From sequence record NC_041973.1: a stretch of 64,000 bases of DNA; one strand, written 5' to 3'. Positions 26,513 to 37,605 of this stretch are shown in pieces; positions within the stretch are counted from its first letter, which is position 1; each line of letters opens with the position of its first letter. Below the pieces are notes generated by a model. The model had not been told where the DNA came from. It saw nothing but the letters and a program-made list of their open reading frames with translations, and did no database searches. A program made the position numbers and the translations under genes.

Positions 26513-27979
26513 ATGTCTATTGATCTGATCGCTTCCTTTATCGACGATTCGGGCAATGTCCCGATGACGGCGCTGACCGTGGTAAAGAAAGAGAACGACG
26601 AAGCCAACGCACAACTGCCGAAACAGGTAGCGATGCTGAAAGCCTCTAACGAACGTATCGTTGAACTTCAGTCTGTGATCGAGCGCGTACGTCGTGAAGG
26701 CATGAGCCGTGAAGTTGCCGCGATTGTTGCCTCGATTGCACCCGAAGCGCTGCCGGTTGGCTACGGTGCTGAAGGTTTCACTGAGCAACCCTCAAAGCTC
26801 GGGATGGCCGCTGGTCTGGAATCGATCACCGCCTATGTGATTGATGGCATCAAACGTCTGATCGCATTCCTGATTGATAAGGCCAAGAAAGCCGCTGCCT
26901 TTATTGTGGATCAGTATCGTCGTCTGACGGGCATTGCTCCCACTGCGTACAAGATCGATCGTCGTGCTGCTTATCTTACGGCGATGTCTGCCCGGTTTGC
27001 TCAGCACTTCGGTACGGATCTGGCGACCCTGTTAGAGCAGGATATCAATGCCGGCTTTACCAGTATCGAAAGTACCCGTATGGTATTAAGCGGAATGTTT
27101 GCTGATGCGGAAGTGCTGCAGGCGGATCTGTCTAAATATGGCAAGCACATCAATGTCATGTCCAAACAGATCGAAGCGTTACTGGCAGATGCGCCAGCAC
27201 GTGTGGTGCGGGTCAATGCGATTGTTAATGATGTCACGGTATCGCGCAATGGCAGCAACGATCGCAGTGCAGAGATCCTGCGTCTGATCGACACCCGTAA
27301 CCTCGATGCCGTGGTTAGTACGTTGCGCAGCGTCAGTAAGTTACTGGTCAGCAGCCCGATGTACAAATCCACTGGCGCCGGTAAAGACGGCAAAATCAAA
27401 CAGACTATCCTTGAGCAGTTAAACAGCGATGGTTTCCGTGAGATGATGTCCGGTCTTTCCATGGCTGCTAATGCTGGCATGACCCACACCATGGACATGA
27501 CGGATGCCTCGGCGATCATTCGCTCACGTAATCTGGCTGAGGCTGTTAAAGAGCTCACCAATTACGAAGAAGTGAAGAAGCGTTCACTGGATGACCTCAA
27601 GTCTGCTACTGGTTCGATCAACAGCAACAAATATGTGCAGGCCGCTGAACAGTCACCGGGTGATGACCCGACCATGGCAGCTGTGGTGCAGTTTAACCAA
27701 TACTGGGATGATGTCACGACCGCCGTAAAAGTGGCACAGGACATCACCACCGCCTACGCGGAGACAGTATTCAAACTGCAGCTGTTCTCGGTGCGTTGTC
27801 AGGATCTGGCGCTGGTACAGTGGTCCGCTAACCCAGCCAATGCCGGCCTGGCAGAAGCCAATGCCGCGACTGAACGTCTGCAGGCGGTGGTCAAGCAGTA
27901 TCTGGATAAGGTCGTGAAGAACACCACGGGCTTGAAAGGTGCGCTGGATGACCTCGGCAAACTGGTCAATCAACTGTAA
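26513..27979 (+). CDS. Processed head protein (phiKZ gp86 position)
   Basis: GAE|G and AGLE|S sites followed by an amphipathic helix. Confidence 0.6.
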   Translation: MSIDLIASFIDDSGNVPMTALTVVKKENDEANAQLPKQVAMLKASNERIVELQSVIERVRREGMSREVAAIVASIAPEALPVGYGAEGFTEQPSKLGMAAGLESITAYVIDGIKRLIAFLIDKAKKAAAFIVDQYRRLTGIAPTAYKIDRRAAYLTAMSARFAQHFGTDLATLLEQDINAGFTSIESTRMVLSGMFADAEVLQADLSKYGKHINVMSKQIEALLADAPARVVRVNAIVNDVTVSRNGSNDRSAEILRLIDTRNLDAVVSTLRSVSKLLVSSPMYKSTGAGKDGKIKQTILEQLNSDGFREMMSGLSMAANAGMTHTMDMTDASAIIRSRNLAEAVKELTNYEEVKKRSLDDLKSATGSINSNKYVQAAEQSPGDDPTMAAVVQFNQYWDDVTTAVKVAQDITTAYAETVFKLQLFSVRCQDLALVQWSANPANAGLAEANAATERLQAVVKQYLDKVVKNTTGLKGALDDLGKLVNQL

Positions 27980-27988
27980 GGAAATCGC

Positions 27989-29245
27989 ATGGAATCCACA
28001 TTACTTCAAACGATCAATGAAACCACGGAGTTGTGTGACTCTTTGATTTCGTTGTCACAACGTCTTGAGATGTTGGGTCCCATTGCTGCTGAATCCGTTA
28101 ACTTCGCAAAGATCCATGAATCGATTAACCTGAAGGTGGCGAAGATTGCCGCTTCGATGGAGTCGATTGAAGCTAACGGCATCAACCAGGAGGCGGTGTT
28201 AGAAATCAATACTGCCATGCCTGGTATCATTCCCAACACCATCCCTCTTAATGGATACACCAAAGCCCGCAGTCAGATGAATGTGGGGTTTGCCTTAGAG
28301 TCGTTGGAGTCAGGTAAAGCAGCAATGATCTCCGGTTCAGTAACAGGGATCGTGGCCGTGATCGTCAAACTGTTTCGTTGGGTTGTCATGACCATCAAGC
28401 AGTATGTCAAATCACGCCGTGATGCGAACCGTCTCGGTGTCTCTGTGACACAAGCACTGCAACGTGCGGGAACGATCAACGAATACCTGTTAGAACAGTT
28501 GGCAAAAACCCCAGAAGCCAAAGCCGCCCGTCCGGGCTTTGAATGGTTGGTATCGATCTGGCGTCCGCAGGCTGGGATCTTTAAGTTCAATGAAGATGCA
28601 CTGGTGCAGTGGTGGCCAGAACTCGTCAATGAACTGGAGTACGAATACAACCAGATCAGCAAGGCGTTTGACATGCTGCGTAGCGGTGGGTCGTTTGTCC
28701 CGAACATTGCGAAAGCGCATCAGTCCCCCTCCATGAAGCGTTTCTTTGAAGCCTTACCGCAAGGGACGGATCGTCAAGGGAACATCGTTGAGGTAGAGCT
28801 GGCGAAGAAGCAGTTTCAGGAGAACCCACAGCGTGCGTTGTTCCAGCTGGCTGAGCGTCTGCGCTACATGATCATGCGCGAGCCTAAATCAAAAGGTACT
28901 GACTTTGGGCAAGAGCTGATTTCAGTAGGTCGCAGTATTGAAGCCTACACCAATGTGGATCGTCTGGTGTTTGATCAGCTGAATACCTACGATACCAACA
29001 ATCGATTAGGGAAACTGGAAGAGGCGTTTGGTGCGTTGTATAAGCAAGTACAAGCCACACGCTACACTGCAGACAAAGCCCTGGTTGATGAGTTCGTGGG
29101 TTACCTGAACCGTTATTCAGAAAAGCTTAACTGTTTCGTGCAACTGATCACCATTGTGAGTTACCTGGATAGCTGTAGTTTCCAGATCCTTGACAATGTC
29201 TCCAAAGCCACCATGAAGTACGTTGATATTGCTGCCAGTAATTAA
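27989..29245 (+). CDS. Processed head protein
   Basis: SME|S and ALE|SLE|S sites followed by an amphipathic helix. Confidence 0.6.
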   Translation: MESTLLQTINETTELCDSLISLSQRLEMLGPIAAESVNFAKIHESINLKVAKIAASMESIEANGINQEAVLEINTAMPGIIPNTIPLNGYTKARSQMNVGFALESLESGKAAMISGSVTGIVAVIVKLFRWVVMTIKQYVKSRRDANRLGVSVTQALQRAGTINEYLLEQLAKTPEAKAARPGFEWLVSIWRPQAGIFKFNEDALVQWWPELVNELEYEYNQISKAFDMLRSGGSFVPNIAKAHQSPSMKRFFEALPQGTDRQGNIVEVELAKKQFQENPQRALFQLAERLRYMIMREPKSKGTDFGQELISVGRSIEAYTNVDRLVFDQLNTYDTNNRLGKLEEAFGALYKQVQATRYTADKALVDEFVGYLNRYSEKLNCFVQLITIVSYLDSCSFQILDNVSKATMKYVDIAASN

Positions 29246-29247
29246 AT

Positions 29248-29299
29248 CGGCATAAAGGCCTGGCCTTCCTTGCGGAGGGCCAGAGCCTTGCTTATGCCG
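29248..29299. terminator. Symmetric bidirectional element CGGCATAA-hairpin-TTATGCCG
   Basis: Long stem between convergent genes; 8-nt flanks are exact reverse complements. Confidence 0.8.
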
Positions 29300-32249
29300 T
29301 TAAGCTTGACTTCGCTGAGGTATGTTTCAGGAAGGTAATGGAGATGTCTTCTTTCACCGTTAAGGTTTCATCCGACGCCACATCTACCCGTTTCTTGATG
29401 GCACACCGCATGGTGTCATCTAATGCGGTCATGACTTTGATGTCACCGTTCACCCCGAGTGCTTTAAACTCGATGTCAACCACATCAGACGTTCGATACG
29501 GTTTCAGCGCATCAACCAGATCTGTTAGACCAAAGGTCGCCCGGGCAATCACAGCAGCAACCGCTGGACTCACTTTCGCTGACAGGTTGTCACGCAACGA
29601 GGTGTTCTTGTAACCGTTGTCGGTCATGTAGAAGGTTACGTCAAAACCAATCGCGGCGGAGATCTGACGAGACTCTCGTGCATTGGCAATCACATCGATC
29701 AAGCCCAGGGTTTGTTTCGGTCGTAACGACACCGTGGTCTTCTCAAGCAACTGCCGCTTCACCGTAACCATATCTTGCGTCACCCAGTCAACCAGATCAG
29801 AGATCACATCAGTGATGTATGTCTTATCCAGCGGGTTACCGGTAAAGTAGTAGACACCATCCAGACCCACCACATCGATCTCACGCACCACCACACGTTC
29901 ATTAAGCGGGATAGGGTTACCTTGCTCATCCGACTTAATGTCACCCACCCGATAACGATAGATGATGTTGTTATCAGCGTCATACATGATGTCGCCTTTG
30001 GCGTGCAGGATGATCGGTTGGTTGTTGCTGTCAAACACCAATTGGTTAGTGACCGCATCACGCTGATACACTGTCTCTGCATAGCGCCATGGTACATCGA
30101 CATCATACTTCTGATACTCGATGTCAGACACCACTGAACGTGACCGCTGATACAGATAGGTCAGGGCTTTGCCCATCACCACATCGTAGGACTGCTCCGT
30201 CACCACCACGAACTGCTGATCCAGGTAGAAACTCCCCAGCTTCTTATCACTGTCGCTGTACACCACATCGTTCGGTGATTTGGCCACCGCAATACAGTTC
30301 AGCAGGATGAAGTTCTTTTCCAGTACCGAGCGCAACTTAGACGGTGCATTACCAAACTGACCAAAGGAGGTCAGGATGATCTCGTCCTCGTTGGTGATGT
30401 CGAGATTACTGTCAATGTCAAACTGCCAGACACGTTCGCGGGTTGCTGTCCGACCGATCATCACGCCATTGAGGTAGCCGTAGTTGCTTTCCCCTTCTGG
30501 CATGAACAGTAACTGACACGCCACATCGCTGTCTGCCAGGTCTTTGTAGTAATCACCTGAACTCGTCACCACGGTTGCTCTAAAGCCATTGGTGGTTTTG
30601 GTAAAGGTAAAACTGTCCGCCACAAGTTCAACACCGATGGAGTTGTTCTCATAGCTGAATACCCGACCTGCTACAGAAGGACGATCCAGATCATAGACCC
30701 GAGTGGTAAACGCATCGTTATTCGCATCCAACACCATGTAGAAAGGTGAGAACATGAACACGTTGTTGTTGACCGTCAAGGCACGACTGTCTAATCCCGC
30801 ACCGTTGATCGTAGCCAGCTCCGCATCGGATACCATGTTGTAGATGCCGTTGACCAGCCGGTATAAGGCGGTCGGGGTGATGGTGATGCGATTGCCGTTG
30901 TCACGCACTGCGGTATTACTGACCAACTGCAACATCGATGACTGCAGGGTAATGATCCCGGTACCGGCCGGCGTGTTGATACCAGACTTGTTGGTCTGCG
31001 GATTCAGTGACCGTGTCGCATGGTAAATACGTTGCGTCACTGTGTCTTCTGATTTCAATGCCCCGTAGCCTAAATCGACCAGGGTTTGTGAGACCTGCGC
31101 TTCAGTAATCGGTAAGACCGTTTTATTGGCCGAATAGATCACCGCTTCCCGCAACGCTTCAACACTGAGACCGTTCACCCCACCGCTGACACCGCTGCTG
31201 ATCGACATGGTCTTTTCATTAAAGACGGTCAATGGGGTAGAGTACTTATCCAACACCCGATCTTCGTAATTGAAGTCACGGTAGACCGCACTGATTGAAG
31301 AAGACTGCAGCGCCAGCGTTTCGATAACCAGGTTACCTTTACTGGTGTAGACATCCGCCCGCACCTGACGACCCACTGCCAGATTGTTGGAGATGTAGAT
31401 TTCCGGTAGCACAACCTTCACTGAGTCTTCTAACACCTGGGCGACGAAGGTCAGCTTGGTGTTGTCATAGACCAGGTCATCATGGGTGACGTACGCCTCT
31501 TCCCACTCATCGGTCACATTCGCCCGCGTAAAGACGCGCAGGTAATAGAACTGATCACCTTTTAATGGATAGGTATTGCGATACCCACTCATGCTGGTAA
31601 TCTGACCGTAATAAGGCTGGGCTTTGAACTGACGTAAAGGTACCGTGATGTAGAGCAGTTCAACCCCGTTGAAGATCGCAGTGCGCCAGGTTAACTGGTT
31701 GGTTTCAACCGTCAGTAACGGGCTGGGTTGCGACACATCGTACACCACCACAAAGCCGCCATGTTTCATCACCCGGATTTCAATCGGATACTCCAGACTG
31801 AAGGTGACATCCATCACCGTGATTTCCGTGTTGCGCGGAATCACCATCTTCGAGTAGATGCTGTCGATGTCATCGCTACCACTGCTGTCGAGTTGCACCG
31901 CTCGTGCCCGAATCTCATCGGCATTGAAAATGAAGTTGGTGGTGATACGTGACGGAGTACAGAAACGGTTCTTGTAATCCTCATCACTCATGTTGCGATA
32001 CAGATCTTCATACGTCCGCGCCATCTTCGGGTAGTACGCCGTATAAAGGTCTTCATGGTTTTGCATCACCGCTGAACCGGTCAGGGCAACCAGCTCAAAA
32101 GCAAACATCGCAGGGTTGGTGGCATTCATGATATCAATCGTGCCGTCCATGTTTTGGTCTAACAGATCGAGTGTGTAGTCCATCATCAACGATGGATCAT
32201 TACGCAGGTCGATCATTTTCTGTTTACGTACGTCGATGCTGTCGCTCAT
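29292..32249 (-). CDS. Baseplate wedge-like structural protein (phiKZ gp87-like)
   Basis: 985 aa; SGGVNGLSVEALRE...ITEAQ resembles the baseplate-J/T4 gp6 GG.D.ES..ELR motif; synteny. Confidence 0.7.
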   Translation of the reverse strand: MSDSIDVRKQKMIDLRNDPSLMMDYTLDLLDQNMDGTIDIMNATNPAMFAFELVALTGSAVMQNHEDLYTAYYPKMARTYEDLYRNMSDEDYKNRFCTPSRITTNFIFNADEIRARAVQLDSSGSDDIDSIYSKMVIPRNTEITVMDVTFSLEYPIEIRVMKHGGFVVVYDVSQPSPLLTVETNQLTWRTAIFNGVELLYITVPLRQFKAQPYYGQITSMSGYRNTYPLKGDQFYYLRVFTRANVTDEWEEAYVTHDDLVYDNTKLTFVAQVLEDSVKVVLPEIYISNNLAVGRQVRADVYTSKGNLVIETLALQSSSISAVYRDFNYEDRVLDKYSTPLTVFNEKTMSISSGVSGGVNGLSVEALREAVIYSANKTVLPITEAQVSQTLVDLGYGALKSEDTVTQRIYHATRSLNPQTNKSGINTPAGTGIITLQSSMLQLVSNTAVRDNGNRITITPTALYRLVNGIYNMVSDAELATINGAGLDSRALTVNNNVFMFSPFYMVLDANNDAFTTRVYDLDRPSVAGRVFSYENNSIGVELVADSFTFTKTTNGFRATVVTSSGDYYKDLADSDVACQLLFMPEGESNYGYLNGVMIGRTATRERVWQFDIDSNLDITNEDEIILTSFGQFGNAPSKLRSVLEKNFILLNCIAVAKSPNDVVYSDSDKKLGSFYLDQQFVVVTEQSYDVVMGKALTYLYQRSRSVVSDIEYQKYDVDVPWRYAETVYQRDAVTNQLVFDSNNQPIILHAKGDIMYDADNNIIYRYRVGDIKSDEQGNPIPLNERVVVREIDVVGLDGVYYFTGNPLDKTYITDVISDLVDWVTQDMVTVKRQLLEKTTVSLRPKQTLGLIDVIANARESRQISAAIGFDVTFYMTDNGYKNTSLRDNLSAKVSPAVAAVIARATFGLTDLVDALKPYRTSDVVDIEFKALGVNGDIKVMTALDDTMRCAIKKRVDVASDETLTVKEDISITFLKHTSAKSSLTA

Positions 32250-32258
32250 CGTAGCCTC

Positions 32259-33284
32259 TTATTTTTGATCCTTCGGAACCCACCACTGGAATTCGTTCGT
32301 CATCACGTCGATATAAGGATAACCAATAAAGTTGTAGCGCTGCATTTCACCCGGGGAGATTTTGCGGAAGAACGTGTTACGGTTTGCGGCTTTCATCTGC
32401 GGGTTAAATAACTCGACACAACTGTTGAAATCCAGGATCAGGGATTGCGTGTTATAGCGCCAGCCCACACACTGCCAGTTACAACTGATTTGGTTATTGT
32501 TCTTGATCAGTGGGGTGTCTTTGGTGGTGCCAAAGTCAAACGCATTACCAATCGGGTTGGTGGTACAGATTGCTGCGTAGGGTGCACCGATCTTCGTCAC
32601 ATAGCGTGAAGTCTGATCCAGGATGATGCGATAGAAGCGCATGGTGTAATCAATATAGTTGTTAACAATGGCGTCCCAATAGGGAACCATGTCGCCAAGG
32701 TATACCGATGAGCTGTACGTTTGCAGCAGATCCAGAATCATGGTGATCGGGTCACCTGAGATGTTGGTGTGCGTTGATGTCACCTGATAGGCTTCATTAA
32801 ACTCCGATTGCCCATCGACCATCGACCAGGTTTCTTTACGTGAGCCTGGTGGTGCAGTAAAGGTATCGATCACGATATCGGGAAAACCGGTCATCGATTC
32901 CAGGGTGTTTGATAAAATGGACACGAAGGCCTGTTGGTTATCAAACAGTCTGGAGTAGCTTTTTCGATCAATTGTGCCGGTCGCATCAAACATCGAACGG
33001 ATCGCACCAGGGATCGTATCGGCGTTGTTTGAAGCAAGCGAAAGCAGCTTTTCTTGTCGATTCAGATTATCGTATGACAGGTTAAGGATTGGGCGTGTGA
33101 AAAAGGTATACCCCATGACGTCTTTGTTGATGGGTAGAAAGGCGCTACGGTTACTGAATTTGTTCAAACCCCAATAGTTATGCGCAAGCGATGAGGTTAC
33201 ACTACCATACCCGGACTCCCTTGCAGCCGAGTCAATACTCTCGGTCCACAACCCAGGATTGTAGTCGTCATTGTCATTGGCCAT
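32259..33284 (-). CDS. Tail-tube-like baseplate protein (phiKZ gp88-like)
   Basis: Synteny; beta-rich 341-aa protein. Confidence 0.55.
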   Translation of the reverse strand: MANDNDDYNPGLWTESIDSAARESGYGSVTSSLAHNYWGLNKFSNRSAFLPINKDVMGYTFFTRPILNLSYDNLNRQEKLLSLASNNADTIPGAIRSMFDATGTIDRKSYSRLFDNQQAFVSILSNTLESMTGFPDIVIDTFTAPPGSRKETWSMVDGQSEFNEAYQVTSTHTNISGDPITMILDLLQTYSSSVYLGDMVPYWDAIVNNYIDYTMRFYRIILDQTSRYVTKIGAPYAAICTTNPIGNAFDFGTTKDTPLIKNNNQISCNWQCVGWRYNTQSLILDFNSCVELFNPQMKAANRNTFFRKISPGEMQRYNFIGYPYIDVMTNEFQWWVPKDQK

Positions 33285-33337
33285 TACTCATCACCTCTTT
33301 GAAATAGAATATCCGTTGAATCCATAGGAGTACTTTT

Positions 33338-34504
33338 ATGTTACCATTAGTTACGGGGGCGATTACACTGGCCAGTTCGCTTGCGCTTGTCGCCGAACGT
33401 ATTCTGGCAGCCAAGAAAGCTGCTGGTGAAGTCGCTGGTACTGTTGACAATACGTTGGCCACGTTAGGCCAGATGGGCACACGTGATTTGGTAACCTTTA
33501 CCAAAGTGACCCGCATGGAACCTCTGGTGTTGTTAGATGATCGTTTGAAGTTTGATCCTTCGACCCCTGAGATCCTGCAAGTACTGACCAGTTTGATTGC
33601 CGGCTACTATACCCAGGCGTTTGCCCTGCTGGGCCAGGTCGACGGTATTGACGTCATTGGCACCCTGGATAAGCTGAACCCGTCACGTACTGGTATTGGC
33701 CTGAACAACTTTGAAGGTGATCTTGAGAAAGACGGCCTCCATAAATTTAGTAACCAGTCAAATACCCCTCTCTATAGTATCGGGCTGGAAGCACTGACTG
33801 AAGTGCAGAGCGCTGAGAACAAGCCGGTTAAAATCCAGACCGATAAAAATGTCGTGGCTGATATTTCGGCACCGACTAACCTGGCGCTGGGTAAGATGAT
33901 CAAGGTGACCTTGTCAGCTAATGGCAACACCATTGAGATCCCAATCACCATCCGTGTGAAACCTGTCACCACCGGTAGCGATGCCGTCACGGCGATTCTG
34001 GCTATTGGTACCACGAAGAACACTGTGGCTGAGCGCTGGAACCGTTTCAAAGCTGGTGAGCTGACCTTCACTAACCTGGCCACTGGCGATGACGTGATTC
34101 GTCAACACAAGAAGATCCTGGTGCAGGATACCTCGGGCTTCTATGCCGAGATCACCCGTCGTGCCCGTGGTAATGCGAAGAAAGGCGCCCTGTCCGGTAA
34201 CCTGTCGCTGGCTACGGATTCTAACGTGGTAATGATCTCTTCAGCCACGGCGCTGGATGTGGGTCGCGAGCTCGGCGGTGAACTGTCCAACTTCCGTATC
34301 CGTGAAGCGATGTTCGCCAAGGTGTACTCTAACATGCTGATCATCGTGGATGACCTGCGTGGCATGGTCTCCTTCTACTACCGCGGTGAGTCATTACCAA
34401 ACGTGCTGTCGCTGCAGGATATCAAACTGTATAACAAAGGCAGCGGTCCAGACATCATGTCGATCTTCAGTGCGTTTGCTGAAAACAAAATCCCTTCCCT
34501 TTAA
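33338..34504 (+). CDS. Head/inner-body protein (phiKZ gp89-like)
   Basis: Synteny; IGLE|A site; about 388 aa. Confidence 0.6.
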   Translation: MLPLVTGAITLASSLALVAERILAAKKAAGEVAGTVDNTLATLGQMGTRDLVTFTKVTRMEPLVLLDDRLKFDPSTPEILQVLTSLIAGYYTQAFALLGQVDGIDVIGTLDKLNPSRTGIGLNNFEGDLEKDGLHKFSNQSNTPLYSIGLEALTEVQSAENKPVKIQTDKNVVADISAPTNLALGKMIKVTLSANGNTIEIPITIRVKPVTTGSDAVTAILAIGTTKNTVAERWNRFKAGELTFTNLATGDDVIRQHKKILVQDTSGFYAEITRRARGNAKKGALSGNLSLATDSNVVMISSATALDVGRELGGELSNFRIREAMFAKVYSNMLIIVDDLRGMVSFYYRGESLPNVLSLQDIKLYNKGSGPDIMSIFSAFAENKIPSL

Positions 34505-34516
34505 GGATCTCGTTCG

Positions 34517-35410
34517 ATGAACATTTTTAACTACGTCAAAGGCCTGATTGGTACGGTTGACAAACGCGATGTCCTAAGCGAGATCGATGCCCTGCGTGAT
34601 GAGCTCACCCGGTTCACCATTAACAACTATGCGAAAGCCATGGATGTTAATGTCAACACCGACGGCAGTAATTACTACGTAAAACAGATCAGCCGTGAAT
34701 TCGCGAAAGTGAAACAGGTTGAAGGTTTACGTGGTCAGAACCTGATCGCTCAAACGTACATCTCCTTAAAGCAGCTGACCCTGACCCTGGAGTGGATGCG
34801 CAAACAGGTTGAGCGTGAGTACGGCGGTCGTATTGCCCGTGAAGCCGTTGACTTTAAACAAGCCAACTTCCTGCGCTATATCGACTCGATCGACTTCTAC
34901 CTGCGTTACGCTCGCTCCATGCTGCTCGTGGTGACGTCCCTGAATGCTAACCCATCAGCGGATATCACTAAAGGCTTCACGGTGCATGAGATCCGTTTCC
35001 TGACCGATACTGCTGTGCACTTCATCTACCTGACCTCGCTGTTCTCACAGCCGGTGAGTGTGACTGAGAAAGTGTTCGATGCGGTGCCATCGGTTGTGGT
35101 CTCCGATGCGGATCAGCAAGCGATCGAAGCAGTACTGGGTAACAAGACTGATGTGGCGAGGTCTAACTTCATCCCATTGGGTTACAACCCGTTCTTCCTG
35201 ATTGGTCGTCTGCGTGCTGAACGTCGTGTGAAACGCCTGCGGGCAGCTGAAGCGGCAGCCATTGCCACTGAGCTGACCTTGAGCAAGCTCATGGACAAAC
35301 AAGCAGGCGGGTCAGAAGACCCCACCATTCAGAAACAAATTGATCATTATCAGAATCAGTTGAACCGACTGAACTTTGAGATCGATCAGATCAAATCCGA
35401 AGTCGAGTAA
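34517..35410 (+). CDS. Head/inner-body protein (phiKZ gp90-like)
   Basis: Synteny; C-terminal coiled coil. Confidence 0.6.
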   Translation: MNIFNYVKGLIGTVDKRDVLSEIDALRDELTRFTINNYAKAMDVNVNTDGSNYYVKQISREFAKVKQVEGLRGQNLIAQTYISLKQLTLTLEWMRKQVEREYGGRIAREAVDFKQANFLRYIDSIDFYLRYARSMLLVVTSLNANPSADITKGFTVHEIRFLTDTAVHFIYLTSLFSQPVSVTEKVFDAVPSVVVSDADQQAIEAVLGNKTDVARSNFIPLGYNPFFLIGRLRAERRVKRLRAAEAAAIATELTLSKLMDKQAGGSEDPTIQKQIDHYQNQLNRLNFEIDQIKSEVE

Positions 35411-35420
35411 GGAGTCCGTC

Positions 35421-35960
35421 ATGGCAGATCGTGTTAGTACTGGTGCAGAGATTATCTACGGCACCGGCTTTACCTCCCATGGCGGCCCAGGACAGCAAGG
35501 CGTAAAGATCAACGTCGACAACAACGTCATTGATCTTTACCAGCGTTTGGCAGGCAACATCACGCTCGCCGGTAACTTTAACTTCCGAAAAGAAGTGTGT
35601 GTTACTGCTGCACGACTGTTACTGCCATTGCCAAACTGGCTCCTGGCCACCCGTAGTAATTACCTGCACTCCAAACACGCGCTGTTGTTCGCCCGTGACC
35701 TGGGGTTGATTGCGATGGGTAAGAGTCCGGACATGAGTGTGATGACGCGCATGCGTCTGTTTTCACCCAGTTCTGTGAAGTCCAACCCGGGTGAGCTGAA
35801 TGCGTCGAATTACGATGCACTCTCGTTGATCCCTAATAAGTTCATTGATGAGCTGCGTACCTATTCCAATGGTGCACAGCTGGCTAACCTGACCCGCGAC
35901 GCACAGCATGTGAAAGACCTGGTCACGTCATTATATGTCATGTTTGGTTCTGTTGAATAA
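35421..35960 (+). CDS. Minor capsid protein (phiKZ gp91 position); start ATG 35421
   Basis: AAGGAG RBS before ATG 35421. Confidence 0.55.
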   Translation: MADRVSTGAEIIYGTGFTSHGGPGQQGVKINVDNNVIDLYQRLAGNITLAGNFNFRKEVCVTAARLLLPLPNWLLATRSNYLHSKHALLFARDLGLIAMGKSPDMSVMTRMRLFSPSSVKSNPGELNASNYDALSLIPNKFIDELRTYSNGAQLANLTRDAQHVKDLVTSLYVMFGSVE

Positions 35961-35997
35961 CAGGCCTCAAAATCGGAATGTAGAGGATACGTAAAAA

Positions 35998-37587
35998 ATG
36001 AGTAAAGCATACCTCCATACCCTGCTGACTGCAGGTAATGAAGCGTTTGATGCAGCCGGCGAACCAGTGGGTGTGACTGTGGTTGATGCCCCGATCGAAG
36101 TGCCTGTTGTTGCAGACCCAGCAGTTGAGCCAGAAGCCCCAGCGGTAACTGATGCGCCAGTGGTTACGCAGGACCCGGTTGAGCCTGATCCAGAACCAGC
36201 AGCGGTCGTCGTTGCCATCAACGAAGATGAGAAAGAGCTGGTCATTGCGTCTACTGAAGCGGCTGCGGCCGAAGTGGTTGTGATCGAATCTGATTGCGCG
36301 CTGGAAGAAGTTGAAGACCTGCTCGACGACCAGATCCAGGTTGTAGCGGAAACTGAAAACATCGTCGCCTCTATGGAATCGTTCGTCGGTTCTGCGATGA
36401 CCATGCAGGATGCGCAAGCCCTGCAGCAGTGGGTGCATAACGCCACCCGTGGTCAATATGACCAAGCTAAAGTTGTCGGCTCTCTGGAAGCGTTCGGTAA
36501 CGACGTCTCTACCGATGATGCGCTGAACGCTGGCCTGGAAGGGATCGGCGAGTTCCTGAAAGCTGCCCGTAATAAAGCAGCTGATCTGCGTAAAGTCATG
36601 GTTGCGCGCTGGAACGCTTTCTTCAAAGATGTGTTCGTGGGCTTTGATAAAGTTGCACGTCGTGCTGATGCGCTGGGTAAACTGGCGAAAGGTACTTCAG
36701 GCGAATCCAACTCCTCTACTATTCAGCTGCCGCTGGATACGGCCTGGCGTCTGGTGAAAGATGGTAAGGTTTCTCAGAACCTGCCGAAAGATCTGGGTGA
36801 CCTGGGTAAATTTGCCAAGGCGGTCTTTAAAGACAACCCGGAAGCGCTGCTGGTGCATCGTAAGAAACTGGTTGACATCGCTGTTCGTCTGTCTACTGCT
36901 GACTATGACGACGCACTGAAGATCGGCAAAGAGCTGGTGAACTTCGAACTGCCAAGCGTTGGCGTGTGCAAAACCAAAGTGGTCAACAACTCCAACACGG
37001 TTGATGTGTATCGCTCTGATGAGTTCCTGGGTGCGCTGTCTATTTTCTATTGCAAGCCTGTTGACAAAATCAATGCGCAGTTACCACTGCCGCGTCAGCT
37101 GTCTGACAAGTTCAACTCCATCATCGCGATCGATGTGAGCGTGTCTGAAACCGGTAAGAAAACACCGAAGCTGGATGTCTCTATTGATACCCTGCAACCG
37201 GCTGAAATCGCCAAAGTGGCTGATGATGTCAACGCTATCCTGGGCGACATCCGTCAGTACCGCACCAACTACGGTGAGTGGTATGCGGCGAACAGCGATC
37301 TGGATCGTGTGATCGGTATCCTGGCGAACGTACCGTGGTCTGGCGATGCTGGCACCACTACTGTCGACAGCACCACTGATGCCGAGGGTAATACCTCAAC
37401 CATCGTGAACATCATCGGTCTGAACCGCGACCTGGCGGATGTGATTGAAGGCATGCATGACATGTATAGCTACCTGTCTGTAAGCCCGATCCGTGTCCTG
37501 TCTGCCGAACTGCTGCCAATCCTGAACCGTGCACTGGAAGTGGGTGAGCGTTCTCTGGCAACCTACAGCGACAACAACCTGGCGTAA
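35998..37587 (+). CDS. Processed head (ejection-type) protein, paralog family member
   Basis: AGNE|AF, SME|S, SLE|AF, AGLE|G in an acidic propeptide. Confidence 0.7.
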   Translation: MSKAYLHTLLTAGNEAFDAAGEPVGVTVVDAPIEVPVVADPAVEPEAPAVTDAPVVTQDPVEPDPEPAAVVVAINEDEKELVIASTEAAAAEVVVIESDCALEEVEDLLDDQIQVVAETENIVASMESFVGSAMTMQDAQALQQWVHNATRGQYDQAKVVGSLEAFGNDVSTDDALNAGLEGIGEFLKAARNKAADLRKVMVARWNAFFKDVFVGFDKVARRADALGKLAKGTSGESNSSTIQLPLDTAWRLVKDGKVSQNLPKDLGDLGKFAKAVFKDNPEALLVHRKKLVDIAVRLSTADYDDALKIGKELVNFELPSVGVCKTKVVNNSNTVDVYRSDEFLGALSIFYCKPVDKINAQLPLPRQLSDKFNSIIAIDVSVSETGKKTPKLDVSIDTLQPAEIAKVADDVNAILGDIRQYRTNYGEWYAANSDLDRVIGILANVPWSGDAGTTTVDSTTDAEGNTSTIVNIIGLNRDLADVIEGMHDMYSYLSVSPIRVLSAELLPILNRALEVGERSLATYSDNNLA

Positions 37588-37605
37588 CCGTCATAAGGCA
37601 AAGAG